From contig JBGSIR010000103.1 of the NCBI GenBank assembly GCA_041742415.1, forward strand, positions 1-32,820: a DNA stretch of 32,820 nucleotides, written 5' to 3'. The notes beneath the pieces were generated by a model, which saw nothing but the letters and a program-made list of their open reading frames with translations, ran no database searches and was not told the DNA's origin. Position numbers and translations under genes: made by a program. Below, piece by piece: positions 7,475-15,515 of this stretch. Source of the DNA: Fimbriimonadaceae bacterium (GTDB lineage: Bacteria; Armatimonadota; Fimbriimonadia; Fimbriimonadales; Fimbriimonadaceae). Each line of letters begins with the position of its first letter. Position 1 is the first letter of the stretch.

Positions 7475-8782
7475 ATGGCCTACGTTCCCCACACCGAGCA
7501 GGATGTCCGCGAGATGCTGGAAGTGATCGGAGTTGACAGCATCGAAGACCTCTTCCGCGAGATTCCGGCTGACCTTTTGGTGAAGGGCGAGCTGAACATT
7601 CCGACGGCCCTGGATGAGGCCCGCAATTTCGCTCACCTTCGCGAGCTGAGCGAGCGAAACGTGGACCTTTCGCGCACCACCTGCTTCCTGGGAGCAGGCA
7701 TCTACGACCGGTTCATCCCCGCCACGGTGGGAGCCGTCATCTCTCGCGGCGAGTACCTCACTTCATACACGCCCTACCAGCCGGAAATGAGCCAGGGCTA
7801 CCTGCAGACGATTTACGAATTCCAGACCATGGTCTCCGACCTCTTTGGAATGGACCTGGCCAACGCTTCGATGTATGACGGCCCCACCGCGCTGGCCGAA
7901 GGCGCCCTGATGGCGGCGGGAATCAAGAATCGGCCGCAGATCGCCGTGAGCGCCGGCCTTCACCCGCACAGCCTGGAGATCATTCGCACCTACTGCTGGG
8001 CGATGGGCATTGAGGTGCTGGAGATTCCGCTGACGAATGGCGCGACCGAGGACTACTCGGCCCTGAGCGACCGCACGGCAGCGGTTTTAGTCGGCTTTCC
8101 CAACTTCCTGGGCGTCATCGAAGACCTTTCTGCTGCCCGCGTCGCTGCGGACGCCTGCGGCGCGATGCTCGTGGTCGATGCTCACCCCACGGCCTGCGCG
8201 CTTTTGAAGCCGCCGGGCGAATACGGCGCCGACATCGTGACCGGTGAGGGTCAGAGCTTGGGTGTTCCGATGGGCTTTGGCGGCCCGCTGCTGGGCTTGT
8301 TTGCGTGCAAGGAGAGCCTGGTGCGCCAGATTCCGGGCCGCATCGTGGGCCGGGCGCCCGATGACAACGGCAATATTGGCTTCACCATGACTCTGCGCAC
8401 CCGCGAGCAGGACATCCGCCGCGAAAAAGCCACGTCCAACATCTGCACCAACGAGGCGCTGATGGCCTTGGCTGCCACGGTCTATATGTCCGCCCTGGGC
8501 AAAGTCGGCATGAAGCAGGTGGCCGAGACCACCGTTCGGAACACGCAGTACGCCATGAGCGCATTCCAGAATGCGGGCCTGGAACTGGCCTACCCGGACC
8601 GAAAGGTGTTCCAAGAGTTCGTGGTCAAGCTCCCGGGCAAGGCTGTTCAGAAGCGCGATGAGCTGCTGGAGCAGGGCATCCTTGCCGGGCACCCGCTGGG
8701 CGAAGACGAGCTGCTGTGCGCCTTCACGGAGCTCCGGACTGCCGATGAGATCGACCGGCTCGCCGCCGCGCTTTCCGCATAA
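7475..8782 (+). CDS. gcvPA: Glycine dehydrogenase (aminomethyl-transferring) subunit 1
   Basis: The N-terminus YVPHTEQDVREMLEVIGVDSIEDLF, then YTPYQPE.SQG.LQ..YE.Q, and the overall 435-aa length are typical of split P-protein subunit 1. Confidence 0.93.
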   Translation: MAYVPHTEQDVREMLEVIGVDSIEDLFREIPADLLVKGELNIPTALDEARNFAHLRELSERNVDLSRTTCFLGAGIYDRFIPATVGAVISRGEYLTSYTPYQPEMSQGYLQTIYEFQTMVSDLFGMDLANASMYDGPTALAEGALMAAGIKNRPQIAVSAGLHPHSLEIIRTYCWAMGIEVLEIPLTNGATEDYSALSDRTAAVLVGFPNFLGVIEDLSAARVAADACGAMLVVDAHPTACALLKPPGEYGADIVTGEGQSLGVPMGFGGPLLGLFACKESLVRQIPGRIVGRAPDDNGNIGFTMTLRTREQDIRREKATSNICTNEALMALAATVYMSALGKVGMKQVAETTVRNTQYAMSAFQNAGLELAYPDRKVFQEFVVKLPGKAVQKRDELLEQGILAGHPLGEDELLCAFTELRTADEIDRLAAALSA

Positions 8783-8804
8783 ACAGACATTTGGGCCAAG
8801 CAAA

Positions 8805-8824
8805 GGCGCCGGTTTTTCGGCGCC
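8805..8824 (+). terminator. Hairpin downstream of gcvPA (weak terminator candidate)
   Basis: GGCGCCG-gttttt-CGGCGCC forms a 7-bp GC stem 23 nt after the gcvPA stop. No trailing T-run follows it. Confidence 0.3.
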
Positions 8825-8853
8825 ACACTCTGAATCAAATGTATAGTTGGTGA

Positions 8854-9492
8854 GTGAGAAGTCTCGCCGCCCTTGCCGCGTTTAGCTTTATCGCGGCCGC
8901 CTCTGCTCAGTCAAGCATCCCCAGTGAAGTCACATTTAGCTATGAGTTGAACTCTGGCGTCGAGATCACGGATGCGGTCGTCGCCGAGATTGATGACTTT
9001 GGAGCCTATGCCCTCATCAATTCCTTCTTTTTCAGCGGTTCTGGTTCGCAAGTGGTGGACTCCAACGCAGACCCGACTCCGCTTCGCCTCGGAGTGGTGG
9101 GCCGCTACACCTACCAGGAAAATTCGGTACTCACCGAGGACGGGGTGGCGGTCTTTATGAGCAACGGCATCGCGCCGGAGGTCATCGGATCGAGCTGGGA
9201 CAGTGTCTTCCCCGGCTTCGAAGAGGACCTTATCGCCCAGTCTCTGTTGGACATTCAAAACAACGGAGATCAGGCCGCGCAGCAGGCGGCAGTGAACACT
9301 CTGTTCAATTTCTTCTCGGCCTTCCCGACCTACTTCCCCGAAGAGTTGCCGAACAATGGCTCTTGGGTGGGCTTCAGCCAGGCGCAGATCTATGGCACTG
9401 GCTCCTGGCAGTCCAATCCTGTTCCCGAGCCCGGCCTCCTGATTGCCGCTGCCGCGGGCGCTGCCCTGCTTCGCCGACGCCGCCGGGCCTAA
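8854..9492 (+). CDS. PEP-CTERM sorting-domain secreted protein
   Basis: Signal peptide RSLAALAAFSFIAAASAQ. The C-terminus PVPEPGLLIAAAAGAALLRRRRRA is the canonical PEP motif plus TM helix plus Arg cluster. GTG start. A TATAGT -10-like hexamer lies at 8842-8847. Confidence 0.85.
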   Translation: MRSLAALAAFSFIAAASAQSSIPSEVTFSYELNSGVEITDAVVAEIDDFGAYALINSFFFSGSGSQVVDSNADPTPLRLGVVGRYTYQENSVLTEDGVAVFMSNGIAPEVIGSSWDSVFPGFEEDLIAQSLLDIQNNGDQAAQQAAVNTLFNFFSAFPTYFPEELPNNGSWVGFSQAQIYGTGSWQSNPVPEPGLLIAAAAGAALLRRRRRA

Positions 9493-9508
9493 ATTGGGCC
9501 CCGCCTGG

Positions 9509-9538
9509 CCCCAGGGCAGCCGAGACGCTGCCCCGGGG
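9509..9538 (+). terminator. Hairpin downstream of the PEP-CTERM gene (terminator candidate)
   Basis: CCCCAGGGCAGC-cgagac-GCTGCCCCGGGG forms a 12-bp stem with one mismatch, starting 17 nt after the stop. No T-run follows it. Confidence 0.35.
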
Positions 9539-9560
9539 TCGGCGCCATAGTAAAGACACT

Positions 9561-11057
9561 TTGAAGACGCGGACGAAGCTGGTCACGACCCCACCCTTGA
9601 TCTTCGAAAAGTCGACTCCGGGCCGCACGGGCGCAAGAGCGCCGCAATGCACGACGCCTGAAGTGGACTTGAGCCAGGCTCTGGGCGAGCTCCGCACCGA
9701 GCTGGACCTGCCCGAAGTCTCTGAGCTGCAGGTGATGCGGCACTTCGTGAACCTGAGCCACCTGAACTACGGCATCGAAACCGGCTTCTATCCGCTGGGT
9801 TCGTGCACCATGAAGTACAACCCGCGCATCAACGAGCGCACGGCTTCGCTCTCTGGCTTCACCCAGGTCCACCCGCTCCAGCCCGAATCGACCGCTCAGG
9901 GAGCCCTTGAAGTTCTGGCCGAGGTCCACGACATCTTGAAGGAGGTCACCGGATTTGATGAAATCAGCATGCAGCCCGTGGCGGGCGCCCATGGCGAGCT
10001 CACCTGCCTCATGCTCATCAAGGCCTATCACCAGGCCAATGGCGAAGGAGCCCAGCGCCGCGTGGTGCTAGTGCCCGACAGCGCCCACGGCACCAACCCG
10101 GCTTCGGCAGCGCGATGTGGATTCACCGTCAAGACCATTCCGACGGACGCCGACGGCAACACCGACATTGAAGCTTTGAAGGCCGCCCTCAACGACACGG
10201 TGGCCGCCTTCATGGTGACGAACCCCAGCACCCTGGGCCTCTTCGAGCCGAATATTGCCGAAATCTGCCGCATGGTGCATGAAGTCGGAGGCCAGGTTTT
10301 TTGCGACGGCGCAAATATGAACGCTATGGTCGGCGTCACGCGGCCAGGCGATCACGGATTCGACTGCATGCACTTGAACCTGCACAAGACCTTCAGCACG
10401 CCCCACGGCGGAGGCGGCCCCGGATGCGGCGCCATTGGCCTGAAGTCGCACTTGGCCGATTTCGCTCCTTCCCCGGTGGTTGTCCGCGTGGATGGCGGGG
10501 TGAAGCTCGACCACGATCGGCCCAAGACGGTCGGTCGCGTCTCCAGCTTCAACGGCCAGTTCCTCATGGCAGTCCGCGCCCTCACCTACTTCCTGGCCTA
10601 TGGCCGCGATGGAATGAAGGAGATCGGACGGTTCGCCGTGCTGAACGCCAATTATGTGAAGGCTCGGCTGGCGGACGTCCTGCCCGCCGCCCACGACCGC
10701 CCGTGCATGCACGAGTGCGTGCTGACGGCCAAGCAGTACAAAAAGTTTGGAATTCGAGCGCTGGACATCAGCAAGCGGCTGATTGACTACAACTATCACC
10801 CGCCGACCAACTACTTCCCTCTCATCGTTCCGGAGTGCCTGATGATCGAGCCCACCGAGACAGAGACGAAGGAAGTGCTGGACGATTTTTGCGACACGCT
10901 CATCAAGATCTGCCATGAAGCCGAAACTGAGCCCGAAACGCTGAAGCTGGCACCGCAAAGCCAGATCGTGGGACGACTGAACGAAGCGGCGGCTGTGAAG
11001 GAGCTGGATGTTCGGTGGCGTGCAGCAAGGCCTGAACCACAATTGACAAAAGCCTAA
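9561..11057 (+). CDS. gcvPB: Glycine dehydrogenase (aminomethyl-transferring) subunit 2
   Basis: LIFEKSTPGRTG...SE.QVMRHF..LS..NYGIETGFYPLGSCTMKYNP and the PLP-lysine region HLNLHKTFSTPHGGGGPG are present. The track ORF opens at 9363, but that part overlaps the PEP-CTERM gene and is not gcvPB-like. I place the start at the in-frame TTG at 9561, which is uncertain. Confidence 0.9.
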   Translation: MKTRTKLVTTPPLIFEKSTPGRTGARAPQCTTPEVDLSQALGELRTELDLPEVSELQVMRHFVNLSHLNYGIETGFYPLGSCTMKYNPRINERTASLSGFTQVHPLQPESTAQGALEVLAEVHDILKEVTGFDEISMQPVAGAHGELTCLMLIKAYHQANGEGAQRRVVLVPDSAHGTNPASAARCGFTVKTIPTDADGNTDIEALKAALNDTVAAFMVTNPSTLGLFEPNIAEICRMVHEVGGQVFCDGANMNAMVGVTRPGDHGFDCMHLNLHKTFSTPHGGGGPGCGAIGLKSHLADFAPSPVVVRVDGGVKLDHDRPKTVGRVSSFNGQFLMAVRALTYFLAYGRDGMKEIGRFAVLNANYVKARLADVLPAAHDRPCMHECVLTAKQYKKFGIRALDISKRLIDYNYHPPTNYFPLIVPECLMIEPTETETKEVLDDFCDTLIKICHEAETEPETLKLAPQSQIVGRLNEAAAVKELDVRWRAARPEPQLTKA

Positions 11058-11112
11058 GGCAAACGATCCAGCCGTCGGAACTGAGCCAGCCTGGAAGGGT
11101 ACCAACGTCGTG

Positions 11113-11844
11113 ATGACCCACCCCGAAGCGCTGGCTAGCCGATTGCGAGGATATGCCGTCGAGGGCGCGGATTGGAGGTCGATTGGCTTGCAGGCTTCAG
11201 CGCAGAACGATCGCGTCATCGGAGACGGTGCCCTCGATTGGGAGGGCGGGTCGGTAGAGCTTAAGCTCTGGCCTCGGTCTGATTTTGCCCAGGGAGCCAT
11301 CCGGCGCGGAACTGAGGTCATTGCTTTGCAGGCTTCATTTGTCAGCGGACGCCTCTTTGGAACTTGGACGCAGGGAGAGGAGCGTGCGGGCCGTTTTGAG
11401 CTTTGGAGCGAGAATCAAACCGAGACCCTGGCCGCCCGGGCCTATTCCGGCATCTCCAAAGTCGGCCTCGATTGGGAATCCTATCTGCAGGGGCGCTCGA
11501 CGAGGGCCTTTACGATCGAGGACGAAGAAGGGCTCTGGCGCGGTGGATATCACGACCGCACGGGCGATGCGGACGAAGACCTGCATTTGATTTTTTCGCA
11601 GGGCGTTGTGCGCGGAAGGGGCCGAGACAAGGACGGCGATTTTGTCATCGTGGGCTCTTACCATCCTCACACCAATTCCGTGTATTGGAATAAGCACTAT
11701 GTGGAGCCGCATCGGGTGTTCAACTACCAGGGCATTTATGAAAATGGCAAGGTCGAGGGCATCTGGGCTGAAGTCGGGCAGCCGGATTACACCGGACCGT
11801 TTCGAATTGAGCCGCTTCTCGACACAGCATCCTCGCGCCTCTAG
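11113..11844 (+). CDS. Hypothetical protein with two related beta-rich modules
   Basis: ATG at 11113, directly after an in-frame GTG at 11110. 243 aa with no recognised family. The two modules end in GRLFGTWTQGEERAGRFELW and GKVEGIWAEVGQPDYTGPFRIEPL. Amino-acid composition is more protein-like than the antisense ORF at 11335..11907. Confidence 0.6.
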   Translation: MTHPEALASRLRGYAVEGADWRSIGLQASAQNDRVIGDGALDWEGGSVELKLWPRSDFAQGAIRRGTEVIALQASFVSGRLFGTWTQGEERAGRFELWSENQTETLAARAYSGISKVGLDWESYLQGRSTRAFTIEDEEGLWRGGYHDRTGDADEDLHLIFSQGVVRGRGRDKDGDFVIVGSYHPHTNSVYWNKHYVEPHRVFNYQGIYENGKVEGIWAEVGQPDYTGPFRIEPLLDTASSRL

Positions 11845-11870
11845 GCCTTTTCCGGGTACATACCCCAGCC

Positions 11871-14800
11871 ATGCGATGGATGGCATTTGCCGCGCTGGCT
11901 GCATCAACTCAGGCCTTTGCGCAGGGAGGGGCAGTTGTCGGCGCTCGGAGCCTTGCCCTCAGCCCTGATGGCGAGACCTTGGCTTTTTCTTGGCGTGGAG
12001 ACCTCTGGCTCGCGCCTGCTGACGGCGGCCTGGCGGCTCCGCTCACGCGGCACGTCGAGCTCGATGACAACCCCTTTTGGTCTCCCGATGGCCAGAAGAT
12101 CGCCTTCACCAGCGACCGCAATGGCGGCGATGACATCTACATCATCGACATCCGCGGCGGCCGCACCCAGCGAGTGACCCATCACCCCGGCTCCGAAGCC
12201 TTGGGCGGCTGGAGCAATGATGGACAGGAGATTCTTTTCTCCTCTCGCCGCGAGGCAGCCGAAACGGGGCTCTATGCCATTCGCGTGGCTGATGGCCGGC
12301 TGAGAGAGCTGGCCCGCGACCACCGCAGCATCCGCCAGCCTTGGATGGCCGCTGATGGTTCGGTCTACTACACCCGCTACGGCTTCCCCGCCACCCGCCC
12401 GCGCTATGCCGGCTCCGCCGCCGCCCAGATTTGGCGGCTTGATGGCGCTGGCCGCCGAAGCGAAGTGGCGAACAACTCCTTCCAGCACCTGTGGCCCGTT
12501 CAGGCCCCGGCGGGAGGAGGCATTCTGACTGTCACCGTGGGCGAAAAGACGCCCAGCTCCAGCCCGATGAACGCGCCCATTGGCCGCATCACCGACAGCC
12601 CGAGCCGCACGCCCAACATTTGGCGGATTTCCGGCACATCGCGGAGCCAGGTCACCCGATTCTCGGGCTCGCCGGTGCGCTTTCTGGCCGCCGCTCGCGC
12701 CGCCGACCGCATCGCCTTTGAGAAGGACGGCAAAGTCCACGTCGGATCGGTGAACGGCCCCCACCAGCCGGTGGAGATCACTGCCGTCATCGACGACCAA
12801 TTCACCACCGTCACCCGGAGCATTGAGACCACTGGCGCCAGTGAGCCGAGCATCAGCCCCGACGGCTCGAAAGCGGCCTTCGTTGCGGGCAATGAGATCT
12901 GGCTTGCCGACGTGAAGCCGGGCAAGCGGCCGAACGACAAAGACGCCGTGCGCGTCACCGATTGGGCCGGCCTGGATTCGACTCCGCTCTGGACGCCCGA
13001 CGGCTCGGCTCTGCTTTTTGTGAGCGACCGCGAAGGCAGCGCCCGCATCTATCGGTGGTATGTCGAGACGCAGACCATTGAAGCAGTCACCGAGCGCGAC
13101 CAAGACGCCCTGGAGCTTCAGATCACGCCGGACAAGCGGTTTGTGAGCTTCTGGATCGCCGGTCAGGGCGGAGGCCTCTATAAGGCTCCGGTCAACGGCG
13201 GCCCGGCCCGCAAGGTGTTCGACCTTCCCCGCGTCTTCCGCTACGAAAGCGACACGAGCTATGCGTGGTCGGCCAATGGCCGCTACGTGGCCTACACGCT
13301 TCGCCGCCCGGCCTCCAGCGTGAACATCTGGGTCTATGACACTCAGACCGAGACCAGCCACAACATCACCCGGGCCAGCGCGTTCCACGCCCAGCCCTCC
13401 TTCAGCTCAGACAACCGCTATCTCTACTTCACCAGCGGCCGCGACGGAAACAACATTCAGTGGGTTCCGCTGCAGCCGGTTGATGTGCGGTCGGAAGATC
13501 AGGATCTGGAATACAAGAAGCCCGAGGGCGAGCTGCCTGAGATTGACTTCAAGGACATTCATCGCCGCATCGGCCGCTTCTCTTCTCCGGGCGCAAACAT
13601 CCGCTTTGAGGCAGAAAAGGGGCAGGTCTACATTGCCCGGGGCGGAAATGTGGTTCGCGTGAACTACGACGGCTCTGGTGAGCAGACCGTGGCTTCAGGA
13701 ATCCAGGGGGGCTTCGAGTTCACCGCTGACGGCAAGTCCATTGTCTTCGTTCGCGGCGGCCAGCCGGTGCTGGTCGATGTCACCCGGCCCAATCTGCCGA
13801 GCACGACGGTGGAGTTCCGCGCCGAACTCACCCGCGACACGGCGGCCGTGCGCCGCGCCGCCTTCCAGCAGGTTTGGCGAGAGTACAACCGCTCGTTCTA
13901 TGACTCCAACCTGCATGGCCGCGACTGGGCGGAAATGCGGCGACGCTATGAGCCGTTCCTCGACTCGGTGGATCACCGGCGAGAGATGGCCACGGTGCTC
14001 AACATGATGATCGGCGAACTCGACGCCAGCCATGCCGAGGTCAGCCCTGGCTTCGGCGGAGTCGGCCAGCCTTCGGTCGCCCACTTGGGCATGGCCTTCG
14101 ACTACAGCCACAACGGCGCCGGAATCAAGGTTCGCCAGGTGCCGGATGGCGCCCCGGGCAGCTTCGCCAAAACCAAGATCAACGAGGGCGAATACATCCT
14201 CAAGATCAATGGCGAGCCGGCCGTGCTGAACGAGGCGATGTTTGAGAAGGTTCTCGTCAACCAGATCAACCGCGACGTCACCCTTTTGGTGAACGACAAG
14301 CCCAACGAAGAGGGAGCCCGAGAGGTGCGCATCCGCGCCATCAGCGAGGGCGCCTTCCGAGGCATTATCCGCAACAACGAGATCGCGGCCCGACGCGCTT
14401 ATGTTGAGGAGAAATCCGGCGGACGGCTCACCTATCTGGAGATCCCCGGCATGAACCAGGCTGCTCTGGCCCAGTTCAACTACGAAGCATGGGAGCTGAT
14501 TCAAGGCAAGGAAGGCGTGGTGATCGACGTCCGCTTCAACGGCGGCGGCAACATCAGCGACGACCTCGTGGACCTCATCGAGCGCCGCCCGAGCTACATC
14601 TACTACCTGCGAGACACCGAGCCGACCAACGTCCCCGACGCCACCTGGCTTCAGAATCTGAAGACCGTCGTGCTCATGGGCGAGTCGAGCTTCAGCGATG
14701 CGGAGATCTTCCCCTATGCCATGAAGGCGCGCGGCTTCGCTCAGCTCGTCGGCATGCCCACCCCGGGCTACGTCATCGGCACCTATGGCCTCGGCCTGGT

Positions 14801-14975
14801 GGATGGCACCAACGCCCGCATGCCCGCCTGGGGCGTCTATCGCCTGGACGGCAGCAACATGGAGAACATCGGCGAAGAGCCTGACCACAAGGTGGACTGG
14901 ACGTGGGACGCCTACAGCAAGGGTCAAGACGAGCAGCTCGACAAGGCGATCGAAGTCCTGCTTCGAGGCAAGTAA
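11871..14975 (+). CDS. Tricorn-protease-like protein (TolB-type beta-propellers, PDZ domain and peptidase S41 domain), exported
   Basis: Signal peptide MRWMAFAALAASTQAFAQ. Repeated PD40-type motifs are present (SPDGETLAF, SPDGQKIAFTSDRNGGDDIY, SNDGQEILFSS, SPDGSKAAF, TPDGSALLFVSDREGSARIY, SSDNRYLYFTSGRDG). The C-terminal S41 core reads VIDVRFNGGGNISDDL ... VLMGESSFSDAEIF. 1034 aa. Confidence 0.85.
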   Translation: MRWMAFAALAASTQAFAQGGAVVGARSLALSPDGETLAFSWRGDLWLAPADGGLAAPLTRHVELDDNPFWSPDGQKIAFTSDRNGGDDIYIIDIRGGRTQRVTHHPGSEALGGWSNDGQEILFSSRREAAETGLYAIRVADGRLRELARDHRSIRQPWMAADGSVYYTRYGFPATRPRYAGSAAAQIWRLDGAGRRSEVANNSFQHLWPVQAPAGGGILTVTVGEKTPSSSPMNAPIGRITDSPSRTPNIWRISGTSRSQVTRFSGSPVRFLAAARAADRIAFEKDGKVHVGSVNGPHQPVEITAVIDDQFTTVTRSIETTGASEPSISPDGSKAAFVAGNEIWLADVKPGKRPNDKDAVRVTDWAGLDSTPLWTPDGSALLFVSDREGSARIYRWYVETQTIEAVTERDQDALELQITPDKRFVSFWIAGQGGGLYKAPVNGGPARKVFDLPRVFRYESDTSYAWSANGRYVAYTLRRPASSVNIWVYDTQTETSHNITRASAFHAQPSFSSDNRYLYFTSGRDGNNIQWVPLQPVDVRSEDQDLEYKKPEGELPEIDFKDIHRRIGRFSSPGANIRFEAEKGQVYIARGGNVVRVNYDGSGEQTVASGIQGGFEFTADGKSIVFVRGGQPVLVDVTRPNLPSTTVEFRAELTRDTAAVRRAAFQQVWREYNRSFYDSNLHGRDWAEMRRRYEPFLDSVDHRREMATVLNMMIGELDASHAEVSPGFGGVGQPSVAHLGMAFDYSHNGAGIKVRQVPDGAPGSFAKTKINEGEYILKINGEPAVLNEAMFEKVLVNQINRDVTLLVNDKPNEEGAREVRIRAISEGAFRGIIRNNEIAARRAYVEEKSGGRLTYLEIPGMNQAALAQFNYEAWELIQGKEGVVIDVRFNGGGNISDDLVDLIERRPSYIYYLRDTEPTNVPDATWLQNLKTVVLMGESSFSDAEIFPYAMKARGFAQLVGMPTPGYVIGTYGLGLVDGTNARMPAWGVYRLDGSNMENIGEEPDHKVDWTWDAYSKGQDEQLDKAIEVLLRGK

Positions 14976-15505
14976 GAGCCGGTCTAGGGCGCCTGGAAGC
15001 AATTCTGGGCGCCCTGCTGGTTCTCGGTGTCGTTCTGATTGTGGGGTCTCCAATCGTTTTTGGTGATCGACTGCCTTCGAGATGTTCAGCTTCGATTGCC
15101 GACAGACAGGCATTGGAGGAGTGGAATCGAAAGACCAGTGATCAGCGCAAGGCGGCCATCAGCTTCTGCTGGACTTCGGGTTTGGCGCTTATTGCGGGCT
15201 CGATCGGGACTGGATTAATCGTCGCTTTTGGCATCGGCCCAAGCTGGGCCTCGCCATGGCGATGTGGCTGGAAGGTCACCGATCGGTTCGGATATCGTGA
15301 TGGGTACACAGAATTTGGGGATGCCGGAGAGACTCTGGGCGGCAGACTATACGTTCGATTCACTCTTCCGAAGGGCGATGCGATGGAGCTGGCCGTGCCC
15401 AAGAGCATTTATAGGACCGTGCAAGTTGGCGATTTGGTGGACGTAAAGCAGGTCGGCCGCACCGCCCGAGCCATTCGCCCAAGCGGCCCGCGCGGCACGC
15501 CGTAA
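14903..15505 (+). CDS. Hypothetical two-TM membrane protein (the C-terminal beta domain resembles DUF2500)
   Basis: TM segments are ILGALLVLGVVLIVGSPIVF and ISFCWTSGLALIAGSIGTGLIVAFGI. The C-terminal region reads RLYVRFTLPKGDAMELAVPKSIYRTVQVGDLVDV. A GTG start at 14903 would overlap the tricorn gene by 73 nt, and I found no better canonical start, so the start is uncertain. Confidence 0.5.
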   Translation: MGRLQQGSRRAARQGDRSPASRQVRAGLGRLEAILGALLVLGVVLIVGSPIVFGDRLPSRCSASIADRQALEEWNRKTSDQRKAAISFCWTSGLALIAGSIGTGLIVAFGIGPSWASPWRCGWKVTDRFGYRDGYTEFGDAGETLGGRLYVRFTLPKGDAMELAVPKSIYRTVQVGDLVDVKQVGRTARAIRPSGPRGTP

Positions 15506-15515
15506 ACTCTGCCGC

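Noticed and set aside
9363-9560. The 5-prime extension of the gcvPB ORF (MGGLQPGADLWHW...), which would give a 564-aa protein.
   Set aside because: The extension overlaps the PEP-CTERM gene by 130 nt, is Arg/Pro-rich and matches no gcvPB N-terminus. The conserved N-terminus (LIFEKS.PGR) begins just after the TTG at 9561.
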